Assembly (NCBI GenBank): GCA_963804645.1
Contig: CAWDRG010000002.1
Location: forward strand, 1-64,000
Direction of reading: 5' to 3'
Origin: an uncultured Bacillota bacterium
GTDB taxonomy: Bacteria > Sysuimicrobiota > Sysuimicrobiia > Sysuimicrobiales > Segetimicrobiaceae
Length of the DNA stretch: 64,000 nt
This document shows, piece after piece, positions 8,401 to 17,039 of the stretch (the first letter of the stretch is position 1; each line of letters begins with the position of its first letter). The notes under the pieces were generated by a model that had not been told where the DNA came from, made no database searches, and was given only the letters and a program-made list of their open reading frames with translations. The position numbers and the translations under genes are program-made.

Positions 8401-9083
8401 GCGCGACCCCCGGTACCGTGTCGCTCCATGCCGAGCGAGACGGCGACATGCTACACATCGAAATCAAAGATCACGGACGCTGGCGTCCCGAGCGTCAAGA
8501 CGAGACGGGCGGCCGCGGCCTCATCCTCATGCGAGAACTCGTCGACGCGGTGGAGGTGCGCTCTACGCCTGCGGGGACGGTGACGCGGCTCAGTATCGCG
8601 CTGCCATCGGAAGCCAGCGCGGTAGAGACCGACGCGCCCGGCCGCGTGGAGACTGGCGCGGCGTCACCTGTGCGCGGCGGCCCTCAGGCTACGAGATCGG
8701 CGATCCACTCCGAGGCCGCTGCCGAGCCGATCCCCCCGGCGGCGCAACTGGAGCTTCAGCGTGTGTCCGGCGTGCCCGTTGTGTCGGTGGTCGGTGATCT
8801 GGACCTGACGAACATCGACCGCTTCGCCAGTCTTCTCGAGCGGGCGGCCAGTGGGAACGAGAAGACCGTCGTGCTCTCGCTTGCGGAGGCCACGTATCTT
8901 GACAGCCATGCTCTTCGCGTGATTTTGCAGATCGGACGGCGCATTCTGACGAGCCGCCGCCGATTGGTGCTCGTGATCCCTCCCGCGTGCTCCGTGCGGC
9001 GCATCCTTGACGCCGTCGGTCTCCACGGCGTGTTTCCAGTACAGCACTCCGTGGAAGCCGCAATCGCTGCCACGACCGACTGA
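5493..9083 (+). CDS. MASE1-GAF-GAF-SpoIIE(PP2C)-RsbW-like kinase-STAS multidomain regulator
   Basis: MASE1 (PVWLPTG, GNTLEA, WWLGD); two GAF domains; PP2C GGDWYD/GDVVGRG/YTDGL/DDTA; HATPase EAVNNVIEHAY/GRGL; STAS GDLD..YLDS; RBS GGAGG. Confidence 0.92.
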   Translation: MSSTRAEGPDGRFRVAWPLVPALPGRRIATIAIVAGTYLVAAKFCFRLASVNPSVTPVWLPTGIAIATILLIGYRGWPGIFLGAFLANVTTAGTMWTSLGIATGNTLEALVAAYLVNRYADGVDAFDHPNTLFRFALLAAVGSTMVSATIGVTTLALARFAPWTDYGAVWFTWWLGDATGALIVTPLVLLWSRRPPTRWYPREVLQRIAFLAVLAVVAGIVLSGLVPYPFLLAPLLVWAAFRFAPWEAMAALFLLGGIAIWETTMGHGPFARATSNASLLELQAFLAAMVLVTLPLASAVAERQAADRDRRRHEGAQRLLAEAGMALGTSLDPDETLKAVARLMVPALADWCTVDVLTSEGRLQTLARVDHDPANAEVSGDLSIRDAAGTVSVVPGVHETIRDGRSQIYPDLRAHPSATVGDAPPRQIVRDLYPRSAMIVPLTARDRILGALTLVSTSSARRRYDQADLVLAEEIARRAAIAVDNARLHQIVEEQRLAAEQAQQRAEQAAVRAERLQAVTAALSQALTPTQVADVILTEGNRVLHAAAAVVYELREEDASLEMLKSVGYPEPLVSVWSRILGSAESPAAEAARTGQPVYYESIAAVLRRYPALHGKMNPYQGRRTFHPLLVGGRPTGALGFIFEEATEFETDERIFIAALAYQCAQALERSGFYAREHRVVEALQHAFLPVGLPQIPGIEIDTAYLPGARDSKLGGDWYDVFHLSDGRVALSIGDVVGRGLDAAAMMGQIRQTIRAVALSGHEPSAVLEHASRVLNLTHEADGMATAIFGVLDPVTRTFEYSVAGHPAPVVAPPDGPARALPAGGVPLGFVSTDELTSQRVVLSPGTLLTLYTDGLTEFAHDAPAGEHALFLAAEELQRSGDAGPAHALLRRVLGDTVGADDTAIITVHVADHALDRLDLLLPARPSTLRLVRQAVRQLTTALSLDSRSAASLNVAVGEAVNNVIEHAYGATPGTVSLHAERDGDMLHIEIKDHGRWRPERQDETGGRGLILMRELVDAVEVRSTPAGTVTRLSIALPSEASAVETDAPGRVETGAASPVRGGPQATRSAIHSEAAAEPIPPAAQLELQRVSGVPVVSVVGDLDLTNIDRFASLLERAASGNEKTVVLSLAEATYLDSHALRVILQIGRRILTSRRRLVLVIPPACSVRRILDAVGLHGVFPVQHSVEAAIAATTD

Positions 9084-9392
9084 ACGCTCGAGGCGGTCGC
9101 GTTGCCAGCATACGGCCGCGCTATTTCAAAGGTTGACTCGGGAACATGGTTCGATCACCATAGGCCAATTCGGCGTCGTCTGTCGGAGGCAAGATGCTCC
9201 CCCTCCCCTACGCATCGTGTTGTACGTGCGTGGCCAAGAAGAGGGCGGTGGTCCCTTGCCTTCACCCTACTGAACGATATCCCGATACCCTACACGCCCC
9301 TTGGCGACCACATCGAGTTACCCGCCCGCGCGGCGAGGCTCTTAGGTGAAATCTCCAGTTCTGCGGTTGCGCCGCGGCTACCACGACGTCGC

Positions 9393-10178
9393 TCAGCGCT
9401 TGTCGTACTCGTCGTGGCGGCGCCACCAGACACCGGTCTCATTGCGCCCCTTGGGTGCGCGGTCGAGCCACTGGTACATGCCCCAGAGGCCGTCCAGTCC
9501 GCGTGCATAGGTGGAATAGGTGTGGTAGACGACGCCGTCCTCGAGCACGAACGCGCTCATGCCCGGCCTCTGGCGCGTGTACGTGGCCACGTCGGTTCCG
9601 GTCATGGCCGCGATCTCGGCGACAGGCCCGTCGCCGCGTTTCGTCAGTGAGTCGCCGATCCCGCGTACCGTCCACGCCGCCTCGCGCCGGTAGTTGTATT
9701 CGACGGCCCCCGCGCGCTGTTGCGCCTCGGTGAGCGAGACGTTGATGTCGAAGTTGAATTCACTGCCGAGCGAGGACGCCCAGGAAAACGTCCACCCCAT
9801 CCGCCGCTTGTACGCTTGCAGCTTCGCGAGCGGCGCCAGCGACACCGCCGAAAATGTGACGTCGTGGTTCGCCAGGTGGACGACGAAGCCGTTGAACCCG
9901 TCCGCGATTGACGAGCAGGACGGACACCCCGCCGTGTAGTCGGGCCCGAACATGAAGTGGTAGACGAGGAGCTGCGAGCGCCCGCGGAAGAGGTCTGCCA
10001 GCGAGGCGCTCCCCTCGTCGGTCTCGAATCGATACTCCTTGTCGACTCGCACCCAGGGTAGCTCCTGCCGCCGCCGCGCCAGCTCGTCGCTGCGCCGCGT
10101 GAGCTCCTTCTCCGCTTCGAGCAGCTCGAGCCGCGCTGCGAGCCACTCTTCACGCGTCCCGGTCATGTGCTTTGTCAT
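9393..10178 (-). CDS. DUF899 family thioredoxin-like protein
   Basis: EWLAAR..LL..EKE.TR, SQLLVYHFMFGP, GCPSCS, YHTYSTYARG, LDRAPKGRNE. Confidence 0.93.
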   Translation of the reverse strand: MTKHMTGTREEWLAARLELLEAEKELTRRSDELARRRQELPWVRVDKEYRFETDEGSASLADLFRGRSQLLVYHFMFGPDYTAGCPSCSSIADGFNGFVVHLANHDVTFSAVSLAPLAKLQAYKRRMGWTFSWASSLGSEFNFDINVSLTEAQQRAGAVEYNYRREAAWTVRGIGDSLTKRGDGPVAEIAAMTGTDVATYTRQRPGMSAFVLEDGVVYHTYSTYARGLDGLWGMYQWLDRAPKGRNETGVWWRRHDEYDKR

Positions 10179-10295
10179 CGCTCGTCCCTCTTTCGTGCTG
10201 TTACTTAGGCGACCTTAGTCGCCCACGAACCCACCAACTTTGGTCGGTGCGGCTTTGGTTCCACTTGTCGATCTCGATATCGTTCTCCGCATCCC

Positions 10296-10742
10296 CTATT
10301 CTTTCTCGTTCGGCTGGCCTTTACCGGTAGTAATCAAGCTCCGCAAACTACCGTTCGTGTAATAGCCCCATGCGCTTGAGCAGGCGCCGTAACATTCATA
10401 GTCAGGAACTAAGCCCACGTGAGTGAAGCGGACCTCGGTCTTGTCACCCTTCTTGGCGATTTCAAAAGTAATTCTTGTGCCCTTCCACTCACTCTTGTCT
10501 TCAACAAAGTTGAGGTAGCCGTCCAAAACAAGCCAAACGACTTTCTTCCCAGGGATTAGTTCTGTTATCTTCTGTTTGGAATAATGGACGTCTTTGTAAC
10601 GATACGTAAACTCATCCCCGAGTTTGTCGGTGCTGCCTTCAAGTTCTCCTGACCACCATCCGCGAACATTATTGATGGCGGCGAAGGCTTCTTCGGGCGT
10701 TTGGTCTACCGTAAAGGTCGTGGTGAAATTTTGACCACTCAT
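10296..10742 (-). CDS. SRPBCC/AHSA1 domain protein (low GC)
   Basis: GWWS, EWKGT.ITFEI, FTHVGL..ECY..CS..W pattern. Confidence 0.88.
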   Translation of the reverse strand: MSGQNFTTTFTVDQTPEEAFAAINNVRGWWSGELEGSTDKLGDEFTYRYKDVHYSKQKITELIPGKKVVWLVLDGYLNFVEDKSEWKGTRITFEIAKKGDKTEVRFTHVGLVPDYECYGACSSAWGYYTNGSLRSLITTGKGQPNEKE

Positions 10743-11218
10743 CGTTTCTCTCCGCCTTTCGGGGTGCCCGTGCGACGCTCCGCCCCTTCACGAACTTTGG
10801 CGAGGATGTAGCCCCAGCCTTTGCCGACCCCCTCTTGATGCGACGGTGTGATCTGTCCGATCGCCCGATGGACCAACGCGAGGCGCGTGCGGCCGCTGTC
10901 GGCCGTCAGCCGGTACTGCACGTGTGAGACGGCGGGATACGACATGAAGAGCGGCCCTGAGATTTCTAGGAGCGTCGGGGGCTTGATGACCTGCACATGC
11001 CCCCAGAGATGGCCGGCATTGTTCCCGAGATCCCGGTACCAGCGGCCGCCCGGCCATGGCTCCAGCTTCATGGGGAGCGGCGCAGCCGGCCCCGCCTCGT
11101 TGAGTGGACCGAGCTGTTCCAAGAGTGTCTCAAAGACCACGTCGATCGGCGCGGCGATCGTTTCCTCTCTTATCACTTCGAGGGTGTGGATCGCTTGTGC
11201 TGACGTGTCCGTCGTCAT
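10739..11218 (-). CDS. SRPBCC/AHSA1 domain protein
   Basis: IAAPIDVVFE, LEPWPGGRWYRDLG, GW.YIL; ATGA coupling to neighbours. Confidence 0.88.
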   Translation of the reverse strand: MTTDTSAQAIHTLEVIREETIAAPIDVVFETLLEQLGPLNEAGPAAPLPMKLEPWPGGRWYRDLGNNAGHLWGHVQVIKPPTLLEISGPLFMSYPAVSHVQYRLTADSGRTRLALVHRAIGQITPSHQEGVGKGWGYILAKVREGAERRTGTPKGGEKR

Positions 11219-11589
11219 CGTCCGGCCTCCTCGTTTTTCGTGGGTTCACGGAGCGATCGCTCCAGTGCCTTGCGCTCAGCCCGATCCTTGATTCGCTCAA
11301 GTTGATGGTCCCAGAAGTGTTCGTACGTGCTCACCCAGTCGTGTACAGGTTTGATCTCCCTCGCGTTGAGGCGATACAGGCGGCGGCGGCCCTGCTGGCT
11401 CGCCGACACAATCCCGACGGCGCGGAGCACGCCGAGGTGCTTCGACACGGCTGGTTGTGGGAGCCGGAGTCGCCGAACGACCTCCCCGACCGCATGGGCT
11501 CTGCCGTCCGCCAGGATATCGATGATCGCCCGCCGGCGCGGCTCCGCGATCGCGTTGAATGCGTCTGTTGTGGTTGCTGCTCGTGGCAT
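11215..11589 (-). CDS. ArsR/SmtB-family transcriptional regulator
   Basis: DAFNAIAEPRRRAI, QPAVSKHL.VLR..G.V, GRRRLYRL. Confidence 0.93.
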   Translation of the reverse strand: MPRAATTTDAFNAIAEPRRRAIIDILADGRAHAVGEVVRRLRLPQPAVSKHLGVLRAVGIVSASQQGRRRLYRLNAREIKPVHDWVSTYEHFWDHQLERIKDRAERKALERSLREPTKNEEAGR

Positions 11590-11700
11590 CAGGTCAGGCG
11601 CCCCGTGTGGACCCCGCGGCACGTACCGTTGTGGTGTCGTGCATAACGAGTGCCTCCCTGGCGGCGCGTTTGCCGCGACCCCGCTCGCGTCATGGTCCCT

Positions 11701-11728
11701 ATTATATTCCCATATGAGAATATGTCAA
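11701..11728 (-). promoter_or_regulatory. Consensus sigma70 promoter with overlapping palindromic operator
   Basis: Minus strand TTGACA-16 bp-TATAAT; palindrome ATATTCCCATATGAGAATAT (11704-11723). Confidence 0.85.
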
Positions 11729-11905
11729 GACCAAACGAGGGGAAAGTTCTGGGGTCGGTTCGGCGGGGCTCTCTGGGCTGGTCGTCACGCTCTGGGAGAG
11801 TTCGTCGGTCGTTAATCGGCGCCGGCGGAGACGAGTCCCACGCCTGTGCGCCCGGCACCACGCTGTAACGGTGCCGGTGCTTGAGGCGGCCCAGGGTCCA
11901 GCCCG

Positions 11906-12529
11906 TCAGATCGGGAGGCGCCGAGAGATGCGCGCGCTTACGGAGCGGTGGCCCGCCGCGTGCGAGTCCTCAAGAAATGCTGCCAGCCGATCGTACCACT
12001 CCACGAGTGCGGCGATCGGAAAGTGGGCGTTGGCCGGGCTGGGGTTCGGAATGACATAGAGGCGCACGGACCCCATGCCGATCGGTTGTGCCCCCAGCGT
12101 CCAGTCGCGTCGATCGCTGTCGAGCGCGTACCGGGCGAACGCTCGGTACGCCGTGATGCCGTGGAAGCAGACGACGCGCGGCGCGACCCGCGCGAGGCGC
12201 TGCCTCAAGCGCGGGGCCCACGTGTCAAAATCCTTCGGACGAAGCGCCGCCGCGTTGCGGCTCGGCGTTTTGACCACGTCGGTGAAGCCGATCCCAAATC
12301 GCAGGAGTCCGCGGTCATCACCGGGGCCGAGCGCGGAGCGTCCAAGCGCCGCGCGGATGGGCGCGGACAACCGCGACCGAGAAAACGCCGGCCAAAACCG
12401 GTTGGTCGTCCGTGCGAAGTAGCGTCCGCGCTCCACGGAGTAGATGCTGGGATTGATTCCGACGAACACAAGCCGCAGACGCGGGCGCAGGTAGTCTGGC
12501 AGTGTTCGAAACGGATACCCGTGCGTCAT
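11906..12529 (-). CDS. mug: Mismatch-specific uracil-DNA glycosylase (Mug/TDG family)
   Basis: LPDYL...L..VFVGINP, NRFW, GIGFTDVV, PNPSPANA. Confidence 0.9.
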   Translation of the reverse strand: MTHGYPFRTLPDYLRPRLRLVFVGINPSIYSVERGRYFARTTNRFWPAFSRSRLSAPIRAALGRSALGPGDDRGLLRFGIGFTDVVKTPSRNAAALRPKDFDTWAPRLRQRLARVAPRVVCFHGITAYRAFARYALDSDRRDWTLGAQPIGMGSVRLYVIPNPSPANAHFPIAALVEWYDRLAAFLEDSHAAGHRSVSARISRRLPI

Positions 12530-12736
12530 GGGGAGTAGTTGGCGGCACGGGAGGTGGTCCCCTGGTCGCGATCAAGCGGGGGTCCCCTCTCGTGGCCTCG
12601 AGACGTCTAGGCGTGCACGAGATGCAGGTCCGCCGCGTCGCTGGGAGGCTGAACGCGGGGTCGAATCGAAGGAATAGTGCGCGGGGCAACCGCGCGCAGA
12701 GCGCAACTGCAGATGCCCCAGCCTGGGGGGAGTCCC

Positions 12737-13429
12737 GTGGCGGTTCCGACGCTACTCACGACGCAGGCGCAAGACGAGACGTTCGGCGGTGTCACGTACC
12801 ACATCCAAGGCGAGTTGGTACCGGTCTTGCACGTGGAGCTGAGCGCCCTCCCCGTCTACTTCGAGCACCACATCCTGCTCTGGAAGGATCCGGCGGTCGA
12901 GATCAGCATCAAGCCGCTGAAGGGCGCGATGAAACGCGTGCTCTCGGGGATGCCCGTCTTCATTACACAGGCGAAGGGACCGGGACGGATCGCGTTCAGC
13001 CGTGACGGCGCCGGCCACGTGTTCGCGCTGCACATGAAACAGGGCGAAGCGGTGAACGTCCGCGAACATCAGTTTCTCGCCGCCACGGACAGCATCGATT
13101 ACACGTACTCGCGGGTCAAGGGCGCGGCCAACATGCTGTTCGGCGGGACCGGGTTCTTCATCGACACCTTCACGTGTGCGCGCCCCGAGGGGATTCTCTG
13201 GCTGCACGGGTACGGGAATGTGTTTACCATGACCCTTGGGCAGGGCGAGCAGATCGACATCGAACCCGGCGGCTGGATCTATCGGGACCCGACCGTCCAA
13301 ATGGAAACGATCTTCCAAAAACTGTCCACCGGGCTGTTCGCCAGCGCCGGGAACCTATTTTGGAACCGCTTTACGGGTCCCGGTCGGGTGGCGATCCAGT
13401 CGATGTATCTCAACATGCCAACCGAGTGA
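12737..13429 (+). CDS. AIM24 family protein
   Basis: YHIQGE..PVL.VEL, GGTGFFIDTF, LHGYGN, FTGPGRVAIQSM; GTG start after GGGAG (ATG 12713 is an alternative). Confidence 0.85.
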   Translation: MAVPTLLTTQAQDETFGGVTYHIQGELVPVLHVELSALPVYFEHHILLWKDPAVEISIKPLKGAMKRVLSGMPVFITQAKGPGRIAFSRDGAGHVFALHMKQGEAVNVREHQFLAATDSIDYTYSRVKGAANMLFGGTGFFIDTFTCARPEGILWLHGYGNVFTMTLGQGEQIDIEPGGWIYRDPTVQMETIFQKLSTGLFASAGNLFWNRFTGPGRVAIQSMYLNMPTE

Positions 13430-13780
13430 ATCCGGGGTCGCATGCGTGAGGAGTTCCGTGACGAGACAGTTACGTTGGCGCAAGCGGAAGTGCCGCATCA
13501 TTCGTCGAAGCGCATCTCCTTTACGCGGATGTGGCCCGTGTGAGCGCGGTACGTCGTACTGCGTAGGTCTCGGCGCTGCCGGTGCGCGGGGCGAATCGAG
13601 GGTCTGCGGCGCGGCCGGCGCCGATGACGGCAGTGATCGAAGTCGCTGGCCTCAGCTACGTGCGAGCCGAACGTCTTGACAGCTAACCAACGGATCAACT
13701 TATAGTAGAGGCGAACGACCTTACCGCTCTTCGGCGTCAACGTGATCGGACGCGACGAGTGGGGGAAACGGTGCGAGGTG

Positions 13781-14443
13781 ATGTCGTTGCGGTGGCGGAA
13801 TCTGGCGGCATTCGGATCCAGTCTGATCGCAGGGATGGCACTGTGCTCGCCGTGGCTCGGCGGGCCGGGCACGGCGTTCGCCGACGATGTCGTTCAGCGA
13901 TTCGCGATCGTGCCCGCATCTTCGACGGCGTCGTACCAAGTGGACGAGACCTTTATCGTGAAGTACCTCGATCACGTGGTGGTCGGTACGACTCACGCGA
14001 TTCAAGGCGAGATCGCGATCGACCGAGCCCACCCCGACCAGAGCGTGGTCGGCCCGATCCGCGTGGATCTCAGAACGCTCAAAACGGATTCATCCAACCG
14101 TGACAACGCGATCCAAACCCGTTACCTCGAGTCAGCCAAGTACCCTACCGCGGTGTTCACGTCGACGCGGATTTACGGGATTCCCGACACGTACGCCGAC
14201 GGTCGGGACATCCAGGTCGAGGTGCTGGGCACCCTCATGATGCACGGCGTGGCGAAGCCGGAGGGGTTTACGGGGAGCGTCCGCCTCGCGGGGAACACGC
14301 TGACCGGGACCCTCACCACCATGGTGCAGTGGACGGACTTTAGTATGGAATCGCCGAGCATCCTGGGCCAACGCGTCATCCCCGATCAGGTGACGCTGAC
14401 GGTGCAGTTCGTCGCCGCGCGGGAGTCGGCGACCCCGCACTGA
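13781..14443 (+). CDS. YceI family secreted protein
   Basis: Signal peptide; VDLRTLKTD..NRD....YLE..KYP.A.F, GTL..HGV motifs. Confidence 0.88.
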   Translation: MSLRWRNLAAFGSSLIAGMALCSPWLGGPGTAFADDVVQRFAIVPASSTASYQVDETFIVKYLDHVVVGTTHAIQGEIAIDRAHPDQSVVGPIRVDLRTLKTDSSNRDNAIQTRYLESAKYPTAVFTSTRIYGIPDTYADGRDIQVEVLGTLMMHGVAKPEGFTGSVRLAGNTLTGTLTTMVQWTDFSMESPSILGQRVIPDQVTLTVQFVAARESATPH

Positions 14444-14506
14444 CCGCGTTCTAGTTCTTCCGGCGTATTGGGAGGGATGCAGTCCGCAGGAGCGCCCCGC
14501 AGCCCA

Positions 14507-14536
14507 TTGACACGAACGTACGTTCGTATATATGAT
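14507..14536 (+). promoter_or_regulatory. sigma70 promoter with Gram-positive-type LexA (SOS) box
   Basis: TTGACA (14507-14512), CGAAC-GTAC-GTTCG (14513-14526), TATGAT (14531-14536). Confidence 0.85.
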
Positions 14537-14542
14537 CCCAGC

Positions 14543-15568
14543 ATGCCCCCCCAAAGAGAGTACGTGGAAATCGAGGTCAAGTCCGTCATGAACCGAGTCT
14601 CCGGCATGCCTTTTCGCTGGTCGATCAATCCCTATCGTGGCTGCTCGCATGGGTGCGTGTTCTGCTACGCCCGACGCACCCACTGGTTTCTCGACGAGGA
14701 CGGCCTCGACCGCTGGTCGACGAAGATTTTCGCCAAGGTCAACGCACCGGAGGTGCTGCGCCGGGAGCTTATGCGCCCCTCATGGCGCCGCGAGGAGGTG
14801 GCAGTCGGAACGGCGACCGACCCCTACCAGGCCATTGAGGGCCGCTACCGCCTCACCCGGCGGATCCTGGAGGCCCTCCGCGACGCACGGACGCCGGTCG
14901 GCATCATCACCCGGTCGCCGCTCATCCAGCGCGACATCGACGTGCTGCAGCGTCTTTCGGCCTCGGCGGGGGTGACGGTCTGCGTCAGCATCGCCACGAC
15001 CGATGCGGCGCTCGCCCGGAAGATTGAGCCCGGGGTCGCGCCGCCCCTCCAGCGTCTTCGTACCCTTCGCCGTCTCACTGAGGCGGGGATCCGCTGCGGT
15101 GTCATGCTCGCGCCGATTCTGCCCGGGATGACCGATGGCGCGGAGAGCCTCCGCGCGGTCGTGCACGCGGCTCGCGACCACGGCGCCGAGTTCTTGGGGC
15201 ATACCGCGCTTCACCTCGGACCCGTGACGCGCGAGTCATTCTTCCGGTTCCTCGGGCAAGAGCGCCGCGAGCTCGTGCCTCGGTATACGCAGATGTACAC
15301 CGGTCAGTACGCCCCAGGCGGGTACCGGGCGGCGCTCGCCCGGACGGTCGAGGTTGAGAAGGCCGGCGTTGGCATCGACGCCTCGCGCTATCTCCCCGCC
15401 AGGCGGGAGCCCGCCCAGCTACAGCTCGCGCTGGCCGATGGGGCAGGTCCGCTCGCGGGCGCGCCCGCGCGCGGCGCGCGACTTGCTAACGAGACCCCAC
15501 ACAGGGAGTTGGGCCCCCGCAGAGAAGAGTACGCGACGACGAGCTGTACGGGCGTGCGGCCGGGCTGA
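14543..15568 (+). CDS. Radical SAM protein, Rv2578c/PA0069 (SplB-like) family
   Basis: SINPYRGCSHGCVFCYAR (CxxxCxxC), GTATDPYQ, APILPG.TD. Confidence 0.92.
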   Translation: MPPQREYVEIEVKSVMNRVSGMPFRWSINPYRGCSHGCVFCYARRTHWFLDEDGLDRWSTKIFAKVNAPEVLRRELMRPSWRREEVAVGTATDPYQAIEGRYRLTRRILEALRDARTPVGIITRSPLIQRDIDVLQRLSASAGVTVCVSIATTDAALARKIEPGVAPPLQRLRTLRRLTEAGIRCGVMLAPILPGMTDGAESLRAVVHAARDHGAEFLGHTALHLGPVTRESFFRFLGQERRELVPRYTQMYTGQYAPGGYRAALARTVEVEKAGVGIDASRYLPARREPAQLQLALADGAGPLAGAPARGARLANETPHRELGPRREEYATTSCTGVRPG

Positions 15569-15614
15569 GTGCGGCCGGGTACGCGCGGACCGTAGCTGGA
15601 CGGAGGGTTGGGCG

Positions 15615-16967
15615 ATGGATGAACGCACGCAGACGTTGATCCAGCAGGACCAGCGGTATGTGATCCACCCGTTGCACCATCCGAAGGACAACGAGAAGCC
15701 GCTCCTGCTCGTCGAAGGACACGGCGCGATGCTGAAGGACTCGGAGGGCCGAGAATACATCGACGGCCTCGGCGGTCTGTGGAACGTCAACGTCGGGCAC
15801 GGCCGCAAGGAACTGGGTGACGTCGCGGCCGCGCAGATGACCAAGCTCGCGTTCGCCTCGGCGTACGCGGGGGCGTCCAACATTCCTGCGATCCAGCTGG
15901 CGGAACGTCTGGTCAAGCTCGCGTACCGGAATACCTCAGCGGTGTACTTCACCACGGCCGGGGCGGAATCCAACGAATCGGCGTTCAAGCTCGCCCGGTT
16001 CTTCTGGAAGGTGCTCGGGAAGCCGGACAAGGTCAAGATCATCTCCCGGGTGCACGGGTACCACGGCGTGACGATGGCGGCCATGAGCGCCACGGGCTTG
16101 GCCGCCTACCATAAGATGTTCGGGCCGCTGGTGCCGAACTTCATTCAGGCGCCGGCGCCCTACCCTTACCGGTGGGAGGGCGGCGGTGAGACCGGGGCGG
16201 AGGCGGCCAACGCGCTCGAGCAGGTGATTCTCCGCGAGGGGTCCGACACGGTGGCCGCGGTGATCGGCGAACCGATCATGGGAGCCGGCGGCGTGATCGT
16301 GCCTCCGCCGTCGTACTGGCCGCGCGTGCGGGAGATCTGCACCAAACACAACGTGCTGCTGATCGCCGACGAGGTGATCACCGGCTTCGGGCGGACCGGG
16401 CGCTGGTTTGCGATGGGACACTGGGGCGTGGAACCGGACCTCGTGTCGTTCGCAAAGGGCGTCACGAGCGCCTACCTGCCGCTCGGCGGGGTCCTGGTGT
16501 CGGAGCGCGTGCACGCGGCGCTGCAGGAGACGCCGGCCGATCGGAAGTTCATGCACGCGGCGACCTACTCCGGTCATCCCGTGTGCTGCGCGGTGGGCCT
16601 CGCGAATATCGACATCATCGAGCGAGAAGGTCTGGTCGAGCGCGCGGGTGAGATGGGGCGGCGCCTCCTGTCACGGCTCGAGTCGCTCCGCGACCTCCCG
16701 GTCGTTGGTGACGTCCGTGGGTTCGGGCTGATGTGCGGGGTCGAGCTCGTCGAGGACCGGGTGAGCAAGAAGCCGGCGGTCGGACTGGGCGGACGGGTCG
16801 TGCGCGAGTCCATCTCCCGCGGGCTGCTGCCGCGGCTGCGCGGGGGATCGACCGACCCCGCGTTCGGCGACACGATCACCCTGGCGCCGCCGCTCATGAC
16901 GCCCGTCGAGACAATCGACAGGATCGCCGCGATCCTCCGCGAGGCGATCATCGCGTCGACGCGTTGA
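15615..16967 (+). CDS. Class III PLP aminotransferase (omega-transaminase-like)
   Basis: YIDGLGGLWNVNVGHG, GYHG.T, EPIMGAGG, DEVITGFGRTG, SFAKG. Confidence 0.93.
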   Translation: MDERTQTLIQQDQRYVIHPLHHPKDNEKPLLLVEGHGAMLKDSEGREYIDGLGGLWNVNVGHGRKELGDVAAAQMTKLAFASAYAGASNIPAIQLAERLVKLAYRNTSAVYFTTAGAESNESAFKLARFFWKVLGKPDKVKIISRVHGYHGVTMAAMSATGLAAYHKMFGPLVPNFIQAPAPYPYRWEGGGETGAEAANALEQVILREGSDTVAAVIGEPIMGAGGVIVPPPSYWPRVREICTKHNVLLIADEVITGFGRTGRWFAMGHWGVEPDLVSFAKGVTSAYLPLGGVLVSERVHAALQETPADRKFMHAATYSGHPVCCAVGLANIDIIEREGLVERAGEMGRRLLSRLESLRDLPVVGDVRGFGLMCGVELVEDRVSKKPAVGLGGRVVRESISRGLLPRLRGGSTDPAFGDTITLAPPLMTPVETIDRIAAILREAIIASTR

Positions 16968-17039
16968 GCCGGCCGCGGCTACCGGGGCGCTGGGGCCGCC
17001 CCGTCGGGTACGACCTCGACAGCCGGGAAGATCGGGCCG

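Noticed and set aside
9133..9152. TTGACT followed by GAAC-ATG-GTTC
   Set aside because: 3-nt spacer, weak -10 and no downstream gene on that strand.
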